A stretch of DNA of 64,000 nucleotides from contig JAXLYU010000009.1 of NCBI GenBank assembly GCA_046351255.1, positions 421,975 to 485,974 on the forward strand, read 5' to 3'. A program made the position numbers and the translations under genes. This document shows, in pieces, positions 1 through 8,057 of the stretch. The notes below the pieces were generated by a model that saw nothing but the letters and a program-made list of their open reading frames with translations, searched no databases and was not told where the DNA came from. Origin of the DNA: Labilithrix sp. Lineage in GTDB: Bacteria; Myxococcota_A; Polyangia; Polyangiales; Polyangiaceae. Each line of letters begins with the position of its first letter. The first letter of the stretch is position 1.

Positions 1-1
1 C

Positions 2-1165
2 GCCTGGCCCGGCCGGACGAAGCCGGACTTCGTCGGCAAGCTCTCCTACGCCGCGCCGTTCCCCGACGGCACGTTCTTCCTCGCGAGCTCGGGCGAGAAC
101 TACCATCACTGGCCGGACCCCTCGGACCTCTTCGCGGTCGACACCTACCAGTCGATCGCCACCACGGGCTTCAAGGACGTCGTGAAGCGTGCCGTCACGC
201 CTGCCTTCTCGCCCGACGGCAAGCGCGTCGCGTTCTCCTACTGGGAGTCCGTGAGCGGCGCGGATCCGCTCGCCGACGGCGGCCACACCATGGTGGTCAT
301 GGACTTCGACTGCAACCGCGGCGCCGACGGGAGCTGCGGGGCGCCGCCCTACAAGTTCAGCAACCTGCGCAAGGTCGGCCACGACGACACCGCGTTCCTC
401 GGCTGGCCGGCCTTCAGCCCCGACGGCAAGTGGCTCATCTATCAGCGCTCGACCAACGGCGGCGACGGCTCGGTCCTGAACACCTCGAAGACGGGGCGCG
501 CCGACCTATGGATCGCGAGCGCGGAGCTCGCGCCTGCGTTCGAGACCATGAAGCTGTGCAGCGTGAACGGCTTCGAGAACACCTGCATCTCGAACGCGGC
601 CGCTGGCTCGTACTTGCCCGTCGGGGACAAGCACCCCCAGAAGTTCGTCGACGACGCGAGCCCGGGCGATACGAACCTCGCGTTCGAGCCGACCATCACG
701 CCGATCGTCTCGGGCGGCTACGCGTGGCTCATCTTCACGACGCGTCGGCTCTACGGCAACGTGGCGACCCTCGAGCCTTACGCCGGCAAGGACGACGGCG
801 ATCCGATGCCGACGAGCCCGGTGCCGAAGAAGCTCTGGGTCGCCGCGATCGAGCTCGAGCCCAAGACGGGCACCGATCCGAGCCACCCCGCGTTCTACCT
901 ACCCGGGCAGGAGCTCCTGGCCGGCAACATGCGCGCCTTCTGGGAGAACGATCCGTGCCGCAAGAACGGCTCGGAGTGCGAGACCGGCAACGAGTGCTGC
1001 AACGGCTTCTGCCGGGACAACGGCTCGGGGAAGCTGGTCTGCGGTGACAAGCCTGCGGGATGCGTGCAGGAGTTCGAGACCTGCACCTCCTCGGCGGAGT
1101 GCTGCGGGACCGGCCTGCAGTGCATCGGCGGGAAGTGCGCCGTGTCGCCAGGCGGCGTGCACTGA
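2..1165 (+). CDS. 5'-partial secreted beta-propeller (PD40/TolB-like WD40 repeats) protein with C-terminal Cys-rich module
   Basis: Frame 2 is open from base 2, so the gene runs off the window start. It has repeated 'PDGK(R/W)(V/L)xF/Y' PD40-like motifs and a 12-Cys tail (CRKNGSECETGNECCNGFC...CIGGKC). Confidence 0.6.
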   Translation, partial: AWPGRTKPDFVGKLSYAAPFPDGTFFLASSGENYHHWPDPSDLFAVDTYQSIATTGFKDVVKRAVTPAFSPDGKRVAFSYWESVSGADPLADGGHTMVVMDFDCNRGADGSCGAPPYKFSNLRKVGHDDTAFLGWPAFSPDGKWLIYQRSTNGGDGSVLNTSKTGRADLWIASAELAPAFETMKLCSVNGFENTCISNAAAGSYLPVGDKHPQKFVDDASPGDTNLAFEPTITPIVSGGYAWLIFTTRRLYGNVATLEPYAGKDDGDPMPTSPVPKKLWVAAIELEPKTGTDPSHPAFYLPGQELLAGNMRAFWENDPCRKNGSECETGNECCNGFCRDNGSGKLVCGDKPAGCVQEFETCTSSAECCGTGLQCIGGKCAVSPGGVH

Positions 1166-1280
1166 CCCTCGCCAGGAGCGAACTCGGCTTTACAGAGAAT
1201 CGCGGCCATCCGTTCGCAGTCCGGAATCGGTAGTGAGCAGATACGGATAGTTAGGAGCTATACCGAGCGGGGTATGCCGC

Positions 1281-1562
1281 TTGCTGCGTGCCCCGTTCAT
1301 GCAGACGCGCTTCGTCACGCTCGGTGCGCTCGTGTGTGGTGCTCTCCTCGGAGCATGCCTCTTCGAGAGCGAGCCGTACGATCCCGATCCGGGATCGAAC
1401 GGCAGCCTCGGCTGCTGCTGGAGCGGCGCGCCGGCGACGCTCGAACCGACCTGGGACATGGACTGCACCGGCTCGAACGAGGACGAAGGCACGACCTACG
1501 TCAGCGTGAAGACACCAGGCGGGGATACGTGCGAGCAATATGCCATTTACGGAGGGTATTGA
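1281..1562 (+). CDS. small secreted/lipoprotein, hypothetical
   Basis: 93-aa ORF with an N-terminal hydrophobic segment ending in LLGAC (lipobox-like). Codon bias is consistent with the genome. Confidence 0.4.
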   Translation: MLRAPFMQTRFVTLGALVCGALLGACLFESEPYDPDPGSNGSLGCCWSGAPATLEPTWDMDCTGSNEDEGTTYVSVKTPGGDTCEQYAIYGGY

Positions 1563-1718
1563 GATGCGCGCCGCCATCGCGCTGATCCTCGGACTGCATT
1601 TTCGTGAAGTGCGGCGGTGGTACGATCGCGGGAGGGTGCTCGGGCGGGAAATCGGGACCGAATGGCAGCCATGGCTGCTGCTGGAGCGGGCTCCGGCCTC
1701 GCCGCCGGGAGGAGACGC

Positions 1719-2246
1719 ATGCGAGCCCTGTCTCGTCTATGGCCATTCCTGATCCTCGCCGCGTGTGACGGCGGGGGCGGCTCGTCCGGGTCCGCGGGCG
1801 CCGGGTCGAGCGGGCGCGACGACGGGTCCTGCCGCTTCACGACCTCCATCTCGGGCGGGCTCGAGGCCAGTCTCAGCGGTGACAGCGCGGTCTGCGCGTA
1901 CACGTCGCGCGCGGTGTCGCTCACCGAGATCGGCGGTGACCGCGTCGTCCTCCTCGTCGACTTCGACGACGCGCTCGAGCCGCTCCAGACAGGGACCTTC
2001 GGCGCCACGATCGACGTCCGGCAAGGCAACGACTCCTGGACGGGCGCGAGGTGCAGCGTCGTCGTCGAGAGCAACGTCAAGGTGTCGTCCGCTGACGCCG
2101 GCCGGCTCGGGTTCGACAGCTACCTCTTGAAGGGCACCGGCTCCTGCTCGACCCCGGGGTCGTATCGCGACCGCGACGGAGGCGCCGCCAAGACGCCGGT
2201 CGACATCGCTCCGTTCACCTTCGCGCTGCGAGTCCTGTTCTACTGA
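1719..2246 (+). CDS. lipoprotein, hypothetical
   Basis: ATG preceded by GGGAGGAG. The signal peptide is MRALSRLWPFLILAAC (lipobox LAAC), followed by a Gly/Ser-rich linker. Confidence 0.6.
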   Translation: MRALSRLWPFLILAACDGGGGSSGSAGAGSSGRDDGSCRFTTSISGGLEASLSGDSAVCAYTSRAVSLTEIGGDRVVLLVDFDDALEPLQTGTFGATIDVRQGNDSWTGARCSVVVESNVKVSSADAGRLGFDSYLLKGTGSCSTPGSYRDRDGGAAKTPVDIAPFTFALRVLFY

Positions 2247-2250
2247 CCCG

Positions 2251-3042
2251 ATGCACGGCTTCATGTACGGGACGGCATGGAAGGAAGACGACACCCGCCG
2301 TCTCGTGGAGCTCGCGCTGCGCGCCGGCTTTCGCGCCATCGACACCGCGAACCAGCGGCACTACTTCGAGGCCGCGGTCGGCAAGGCGCTGGCGGCGACG
2401 AAGACGCCACGCGCCGAGCTGTTCCTGCAGACGAAGTTCACCCATCGCGGCGGCCAGGACGAGCGGCTCCCGTACGACCCGTCCGCGCGCATCGCCGATC
2501 AGGTGAGGCAGTCCGTGAAGAGCTCGCTCGAGCATCTCGGCACGACCTGGCTCGACTCGTACGTGCTCCATGGCCCGTCGACGCGTCGAGGCCTCGCGCC
2601 CGACGACGTCGAGGCCTGGGAGACGATGGAGGAGCTTCACGCGGCGGGCACGGCGCGGGCGCTCGGGATCAGCAACGTCACCGCGGAGCAGGTCACGACG
2701 CTGCTCGGGCGCGCGAAGGTGCGGCCGTCGTACGTGCAGAATCGCTGCTACGCGAGCGAGGGCTGGGATCGCGACGTCCGTGCGCTCTGCCGCGAGCACG
2801 GCATCGTCTATCAAGGCTTCTCGCTCCTGACCGCGAACCGGAAGGAGACGTCGGCGCCCGCATTTCGCGCCATCGCCTCGCGCCTCGGCCTGACGCCGGC
2901 GCAGCTCGTCTTCCGCTTTGCCCTCGACGTGGGCATGCTGCCGCTCACGGGCACCTCGAGCGAGGCGCACATGCGCGAAGACCTCGCGGTGCTCGAGAAG
3001 CCAGCGCTCTCTGCGGACGATCGCCGGGCGATCGAGGGCTGA
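2251..3042 (+). CDS. aldo/keto reductase family oxidoreductase
   Basis: Contains an 'AIDTA..Y' motif and has AKR-like length and composition. Confidence 0.55.
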   Translation: MHGFMYGTAWKEDDTRRLVELALRAGFRAIDTANQRHYFEAAVGKALAATKTPRAELFLQTKFTHRGGQDERLPYDPSARIADQVRQSVKSSLEHLGTTWLDSYVLHGPSTRRGLAPDDVEAWETMEELHAAGTARALGISNVTAEQVTTLLGRAKVRPSYVQNRCYASEGWDRDVRALCREHGIVYQGFSLLTANRKETSAPAFRAIASRLGLTPAQLVFRFALDVGMLPLTGTSSEAHMREDLAVLEKPALSADDRRAIEG

Positions 3043-3044
3043 GG

Positions 3045-3530
3045 TCAGCGCGGGTCGGGGTCGACCCAGTCGGGGCGCGGGGCTTCGCCGCCCTCGAGGT
3101 CGGAGTAGCCGTAGTCGAGCGGCTCGCCGAGCGCGAGGGAGAGGTAGCTCCCGAGAGGATCGGTGCGCTCCTCGGGATCGTCGAGGACGATGCCCTGGCC
3201 CGATCTGAGGAGCGAGCCCTCGAGCTTCGGGATCTTCGCCTCGAGACCGAACCAGTCGATGTCGAAGTGGTCGTCCTTCCACGCGACGAACTTCTGGAGG
3301 TCCACCGGCTCCCCGAGCACTCCGCGATTCACCGGCCAGACGAGCGTGCGTTCTCCATACCGGAGCAACGAATGCGCGAGCGACGTGAGGTCGGGGTCGG
3401 AGCTCTGGAACTCCTGCTCGACGATGCGTCGCACGTGCTCGACACGCGAGTAGACGTAGACGTCCCCGCGCCGCGCGCCGCCGGGGTCGACGGAGAGCTC
3501 CACGATGTAACAGCTCGGCTGCGGATCCAT
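3045..3530 (-). CDS. hypothetical protein
   Basis: 161-aa ORF with good GC3 bias, tightly spaced after the AKR gene. Confidence 0.5.
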   Translation of the reverse strand: MDPQPSCYIVELSVDPGGARRGDVYVYSRVEHVRRIVEQEFQSSDPDLTSLAHSLLRYGERTLVWPVNRGVLGEPVDLQKFVAWKDDHFDIDWFGLEAKIPKLEGSLLRSGQGIVLDDPEERTDPLGSYLSLALGEPLDYGYSDLEGGEAPRPDWVDPDPR

Positions 3531-3560
3531 GCCGGGGTCGAGCGTAGCATCGCCCGCCTC

Positions 3561-4277
3561 TCAGCGGCGGGGTTGGCCCATGATGATCGCCGGCTGACGA
3601 ACGATGGCCTCGCGCAGGTCGTTCGGCCACCGCCGGACCGCGGGATCGACGGCGACCGGCCTGCCCGCCAGCGCACGCTCTCGTGCGGCCGCGATGTTTC
3701 CGTAGAGCGGGACCTCGAGGCCGCATCGCTCGCAGGCCCGCGGCGTCCAGAGCTCGGCGCACTGCCGGGGACAGCCCTCGACCGCGACCGGCAGGACGCG
3801 GCGGCGCCACTCCGGCGGCGTTCGAGCGATGACGAGCGGATCGCGGCTGCCGCGGACGACCTCGGCGTCCGCCACGCGCCCGCGCTCCTCGAGCGAGTCC
3901 GCGTAGACGGTGCGCGCGTCCTCGTCGGCGTCGATGGTGGTGAGGAACTCGTCGTCCACGGGCTCGATGCCGCGTGGCACCCGCTCGTGGAGGTAGAGCT
4001 CCCAGGCGCCGATCGTCAGCTCGCCGAGCTCGTCGTTCGGGCGCGGGAGGCGGCCGTCGACCCGGACCCCGAACGGGTTCTTCACGTCGATGCGCACGCG
4101 CGGCGCCATCCACGGCCGCCCGATCGTGAACTTCAGCACCACGTGGCGCGCGGCGAGGTTGTGGCCGTCGATCTGGACGTCGGCCTCGCGCGCCGACCCG
4201 ACCGTGACGAGGCCCGCGAGCTCGGGCCCGTACCAGCGCCGCTCACGGCGCTCCGGGTGAGACACGACGAGGTACAC
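3561..4277 (-). CDS. FHA-domain protein with TIGR02996-like (repeat-companion) motif
   Basis: FHA-like segment 'LVTVGSAREADVQIDGHNLAARHVVLKF', followed by 'DDEFLTTIDADEDARTVYADSLEERG' (the RxVYADWLEExG-type motif). The start is uncertain: GTG at 4277 or ATG at 4346. Confidence 0.55.
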   Translation of the reverse strand: MYLVVSHPERRERRWYGPELAGLVTVGSAREADVQIDGHNLAARHVVLKFTIGRPWMAPRVRIDVKNPFGVRVDGRLPRPNDELGELTIGAWELYLHERVPRGIEPVDDEFLTTIDADEDARTVYADSLEERGRVADAEVVRGSRDPLVIARTPPEWRRRVLPVAVEGCPRQCAELWTPRACERCGLEVPLYGNIAAARERALAGRPVAVDPAVRRWPNDLREAIVRQPAIIMGQPRR

Positions 4278-4299
4278 GCTCTTAGTGTAAGCAGAAGGA

Positions 4300-4797
4300 A
4301 TGTCCGCCGACGCGATTGTCGTCTTCCACCCGAGCGACCCGAGCAAGCTCGAGCCTTTCCTCGATCTCGATGACGAGAGCGAGGAAAGTGAGGGGATTTA
4401 TGCCGAAAAGCTCGACGATGGCACCTACCTCGTCCACACGTTCCAGCCGTTCGACGTGTTCCTCGAGAACCCCGAGGAGGCGCTCACCTGGCTCGAGCAG
4501 TTCGGGGATGCACTGCCGGACCTCCACGACGATCCGCGCGGCCTCGCGTTCTTCCCCGACGACCTCGAGCCTGCGGCCACCAACTACGACGCGGTCATCG
4601 CCGAGATCGCGGACCGGGCGCTCTTCGTTCCCATCCTCGAGCCCATGGTGCCGTTGCAGGCCATGACGTCGTACGACGCGGGCAAGATGATGGAGCAGAT
4701 GCAGCAGAAGATCGCCGACCTCCTGGGAGGTATGCAGATGCCGGGGGCGGCTCAGGGTGAGGTCGTCGACGAGGAGTTCGAGCCCGACGACGAGTAG
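4300..4797 (+). CDS. acidic hypothetical protein
   Basis: 165-aa ORF, very acidic, with an atypically AT-rich N-terminal codon set. Confidence 0.45.
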   Translation: MSADAIVVFHPSDPSKLEPFLDLDDESEESEGIYAEKLDDGTYLVHTFQPFDVFLENPEEALTWLEQFGDALPDLHDDPRGLAFFPDDLEPAATNYDAVIAEIADRALFVPILEPMVPLQAMTSYDAGKMMEQMQQKIADLLGGMQMPGAAQGEVVDEEFEPDDE

Positions 4798-5519
4798 CCG
4801 TTCATCGCCTCGAGGACCTCGTCCCACCCGCGATCGGCGGCGATGTCGAAGGCGCGGATGGCGCGCTCGATGCGCTCCGCCTTGTCCGAGAAATCCTTGA
4901 AGTAGAAGCGACGCCAGATCGGAAAGTACGAGAACCGGACGATCGGCTTCAGGCAGAGGGCGCGGAGGATCGGGCAATCGAACTTCGCGATCTCGCGGGC
5001 GATGCCCGGTGCGACCGTGACCTCCTGCTCGAGCTCGAGCGACTTCAGGAAGACGTGCCGCTTCTGGCCCTCGTCGAGCTCGGAGCCCGCGCGCGCCGCG
5101 GCGTGCACGTCGTTCAAAGCCTCGAGCAGCTCGCCGTGCACGAGCTCCGCCGCGCCCGCCTCCCGCCCGTGCGCCTTCGTGAAGTGGTAGTTCGTATACG
5201 TGTCGACGAAGACCTCGCGGTTGACGGCCTTGAAGCCTTCCGCGAAGGCATCCAGCATCGCGTGCCGCGTCTTCTTCTCTTCCTCGTCGAGGAAGTAGCG
5301 ATATGCGATCAGGTTTCCGAGCTTCCCCGTGACCTCGAAGAAATCGTAGCCCCAGAGCGCCCCGTGGAGCGCGATGAGCGGGAAGGCGTGATTGCCTCTC
5401 GAATCGAGATAGATCTCGCGATGGGCGGCGACGCGCGGGAGGATGTCTCCCGGCGCTCCTGCGATGACGCGTGCGCGCGCCTTGATCGCGTCGTAAGCGC
5501 CGCGGAGCGAGTCCGGCAT
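4752..5519 (-). CDS. hypothetical protein
   Basis: 255-aa ORF. Its start abuts the stop of the downstream beta-helix lipoprotein gene (5521), suggesting an operon. Confidence 0.5.
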   Translation of the reverse strand: MPDSLRGAYDAIKARARVIAGAPGDILPRVAAHREIYLDSRGNHAFPLIALHGALWGYDFFEVTGKLGNLIAYRYFLDEEEKKTRHAMLDAFAEGFKAVNREVFVDTYTNYHFTKAHGREAGAAELVHGELLEALNDVHAAARAGSELDEGQKRHVFLKSLELEQEVTVAPGIAREIAKFDCPILRALCLKPIVRFSYFPIWRRFYFKDFSDKAERIERAIRAFDIAADRGWDEVLEAMNGYSSSGSNSSSTTSP

Positions 5520-5520
5520 C

Positions 5521-6504
5521 CTATTTCTCGACCGCTTTCCCGTCGTCCGTGCGGTTGCCGGTGAAGACGGTCACGGAAGCCTCGCGCCGGATGAGGTGGG
5601 TCCCGTACGCGGCGGTGGCCTTGTAGAACGTGTTGTTCGTGATCTTCACGTTCGTCGCTTTCGAGTCGTTCTGCTCGTCGACGTAGAGCGTGTACGAGCC
5701 ACCGCCGAGCGTGTTGCCGTTCATCTCGACATCGTCGATGTCGCCCTGATACGCCGTGAGGTTGATGGCGCCGGTCTCGCCGAGCCATTCGCCCTTCGCG
5801 TCCGTCATGCGGATGTGATTGCCGACGACCTTCGTCGCGCTCCCGCCGCCGTAGATCTCGATCCCGTCGAAGTGGGGTCCGGTCTGGCCCGAGGCGAGCT
5901 TCTCGATGAAGCTCGCCTGGATGATCATGCCACCTCCGACGGTCAGGGCGTTCTCCCAGCCGTGGAAGTACGACGCGCAGACCAAGGCGTCGCCGCCGAG
6001 GAAGCCAACGTAGCCGCCGGTCTCGGTGTAGACCTCGGAGTGGAGGACCTTCGTGCCCTTCACGCCGTCCTTGATCTTGATGGCGATGTCGTTCTCGCCA
6101 CCCTTCGAGTGGACCTTGCTGTTCTTGATCGTCACGTCGTTCGCGTTGACCAGGATCTGACCCGTGACGTCTTTGGCCTCGATGACCATGCCTGGCGTAT
6201 CGGCCTCGATGTCTCCCGATGCGGTGAGCGCGATCCCGGTCGGGACGCCGGTGTTCGCGGCGGAGGGCAGGGCGGCCGGCAGCGTGAGGAGGGTGGCGCA
6301 GGGATCGGTGCCGGGCGGGGCATCGCCGTCGGCGCCTGCCTCCGCGGCGGAGCCGCCCCCCGGCAGGTGGTTGTTGGCGTTCGTGGCGCCCGAGGACGAG
6401 CCGGAGGAGGCGCCGCCGTCCGGCGCGCCCGGGCTCGAGCCGTCGCCGGAGCCACACGCCCCCATCGCGGCGGGGACCAGCAGGAGAAGCCAAAGGGCAC
6501 GCAC
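5521..6504 (-). CDS. secreted right-handed beta-helix (pectate-lyase-fold-like) lipoprotein
   Basis: Signal peptide plus lipobox MGAC, a Gly/Ser linker, then repeated 'N.T..N' / 'V.I.NS.V' beta-helix-like rungs. Paralogous to 27807..28769. Confidence 0.6.
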   Translation of the reverse strand: MRALWLLLLVPAAMGACGSGDGSSPGAPDGGASSGSSSGATNANNHLPGGGSAAEAGADGDAPPGTDPCATLLTLPAALPSAANTGVPTGIALTASGDIEADTPGMVIEAKDVTGQILVNANDVTIKNSKVHSKGGENDIAIKIKDGVKGTKVLHSEVYTETGGYVGFLGGDALVCASYFHGWENALTVGGGMIIQASFIEKLASGQTGPHFDGIEIYGGGSATKVVGNHIRMTDAKGEWLGETGAINLTAYQGDIDDVEMNGNTLGGGSYTLYVDEQNDSKATNVKITNNTFYKATAAYGTHLIRREASVTVFTGNRTDDGKAVEK

Positions 6505-6524
6505 GACCGCGATAGTATCGCGAG

Positions 6525-7940
6525 ATGACGAACGGGGAGACGGTCGACGTTGCGCTCATCGGCGCCGGCATCATGAGCGCCACCCTCGGGACGCTGCTGC
6601 GGAAGCTCGAGCCCTCGCTTCGCATCGGAATTTACGAGCGCCTGGACCGCGCCGCGGCCGAGAGCTCCGACGCGTGGAACAACGCCGGGACGGGGCACGC
6701 GGGGTTCTGCGAGCTCAATTACACGCCGGCAAACGAGGACGGCGGCGTCGACTGCAAGAAGGCGATTCACATCGCGGGTCAGTTCGCGACGAGCCTCGAG
6801 CTCTGGCGCTCGCTCTCTGCGAGCGGCGACCTCCCGGAGGAGAAGGAGTTCGTGCGGCCGGTCCCGCACCTCAGCTTCGTGTGGGGAGAGCGCGACGTGC
6901 GGTTCCTGCGCGCGCGGCAGCGGAAGCTGATCGACTCGCCGCTCTTCGCGGGGATGGAGATCTCCGAGGACCCTGGGCGCATCGCGGACTGGATCCCGCT
7001 CGTCATGGAGGGCCGTGACCGGAGCGAGCCCGTCGCGGCCACGCTCATGGCGCGCGGCACGGACGTCAACTTCGGCGCCCTCGCGCGCGCAATGGTCGCG
7101 GGCATGACGAAGCAGGACGGCTGCGACCTGCACCTCGAGCACGAGGTCCGCGGCCTCCGCCGCGACGAGGACGAGTGGTGCCTCGACGTGTGCGATCTCG
7201 CGAGCGGTGAGGAGCGCACCGTCCGCGCCAAGTTCGTATTCATCGGCGCGGGCGGATATTCGCTTTCGCTCCTCGAGAAGAGCGGGATCCCGGAGGCGGT
7301 CGGCTATGGTGCGTTTCCCGTCAGCGGTCAGTGGCTCCGGTGCACGAATCGCGACGTCATCGGCCGTCACTTCGCGAAGGTCTATGGCAAGGCGGAGGTC
7401 GGCGCGCCGCCCATGTCCGTGCCGCACCTCGACTCGCGGTGGATCGACGGCAAGCCGGAGCTGCTCTTCGGCCCTTACGCGGGTTTCACGACGAAGTTCC
7501 TGAAGGAGGGCTCGTGGCTCGACCTGCTCCGCTCCGTCGGGGTCAGCAACGTCGGCTCCGTCCTCAGCGCCGGCCTCGAGAACCTCGACCTCACCGCGTA
7601 CCTCGTCGGGCAGGCGATGCTCTCCATCGACGAGCGCATCTCGCTCCTGCGTCGGTACTACCCGGCCGCGGAGCCCGACGACTGGGAGGTTCAGGTCGCG
7701 GGGCTGCGCGTTCAGATCATCAAGGCGGACGGCAACGGCCTCGGCGAGCTGAAGTTCGGCACGGAGGTCGTGACGAGCGCCGACGGATCGATCGCTGCGC
7801 TCCTCGGTGCCTCCCCCGGTGCATCCACCGCCGCCTCCATCATGCTGGAGGTCCTCGAGCGTTGCTTCACGACGCGATGGCGCACCCCGATCTGGCGGGA
7901 GCGCCTCGCGAAGCTCCTTCCGACCAGGTTTGTCGCTTAG
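6525..7940 (+). CDS. mqo: malate:quinone oxidoreductase
   Basis: FAD fold 'VALIGAGIMSATLG', a conserved 'LLGASPGASTA' segment, and ~470 aa length typical of Mqo. Confidence 0.9.
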   Translation: MTNGETVDVALIGAGIMSATLGTLLRKLEPSLRIGIYERLDRAAAESSDAWNNAGTGHAGFCELNYTPANEDGGVDCKKAIHIAGQFATSLELWRSLSASGDLPEEKEFVRPVPHLSFVWGERDVRFLRARQRKLIDSPLFAGMEISEDPGRIADWIPLVMEGRDRSEPVAATLMARGTDVNFGALARAMVAGMTKQDGCDLHLEHEVRGLRRDEDEWCLDVCDLASGEERTVRAKFVFIGAGGYSLSLLEKSGIPEAVGYGAFPVSGQWLRCTNRDVIGRHFAKVYGKAEVGAPPMSVPHLDSRWIDGKPELLFGPYAGFTTKFLKEGSWLDLLRSVGVSNVGSVLSAGLENLDLTAYLVGQAMLSIDERISLLRRYYPAAEPDDWEVQVAGLRVQIIKADGNGLGELKFGTEVVTSADGSIAALLGASPGASTAASIMLEVLERCFTTRWRTPIWRERLAKLLPTRFVA

Positions 7941-7987
7941 TACCCAAAACGCCCCAGTCGCGACGTGTGACCCTCGCTCCTCGATCC

Positions 7988-8009
7988 CGCGAATGCGCGG
8001 CGATTCGCG
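7988..8009. promoter_or_regulatory. inverted repeat CGCGAAT-N8-ATTCGCG upstream of katE
   Basis: A perfect 7-bp inverted repeat about 50 bp upstream of the katE ATG. Possible operator or hairpin. Confidence 0.25.
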
Positions 8010-8057
8010 CGCCGGAACGACCCTTGCCTCAGCGCGCGACCCTGCCCAGGAGGGTCG

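Noticed and set aside
2215-4373. 632-aa (-) and 698-aa (+) ORFs across 2215..4373
   Set aside because: They overlap the AKR, hypothetical and FHA genes in other frames, with RRRR/GRAR composition and no domain signal.
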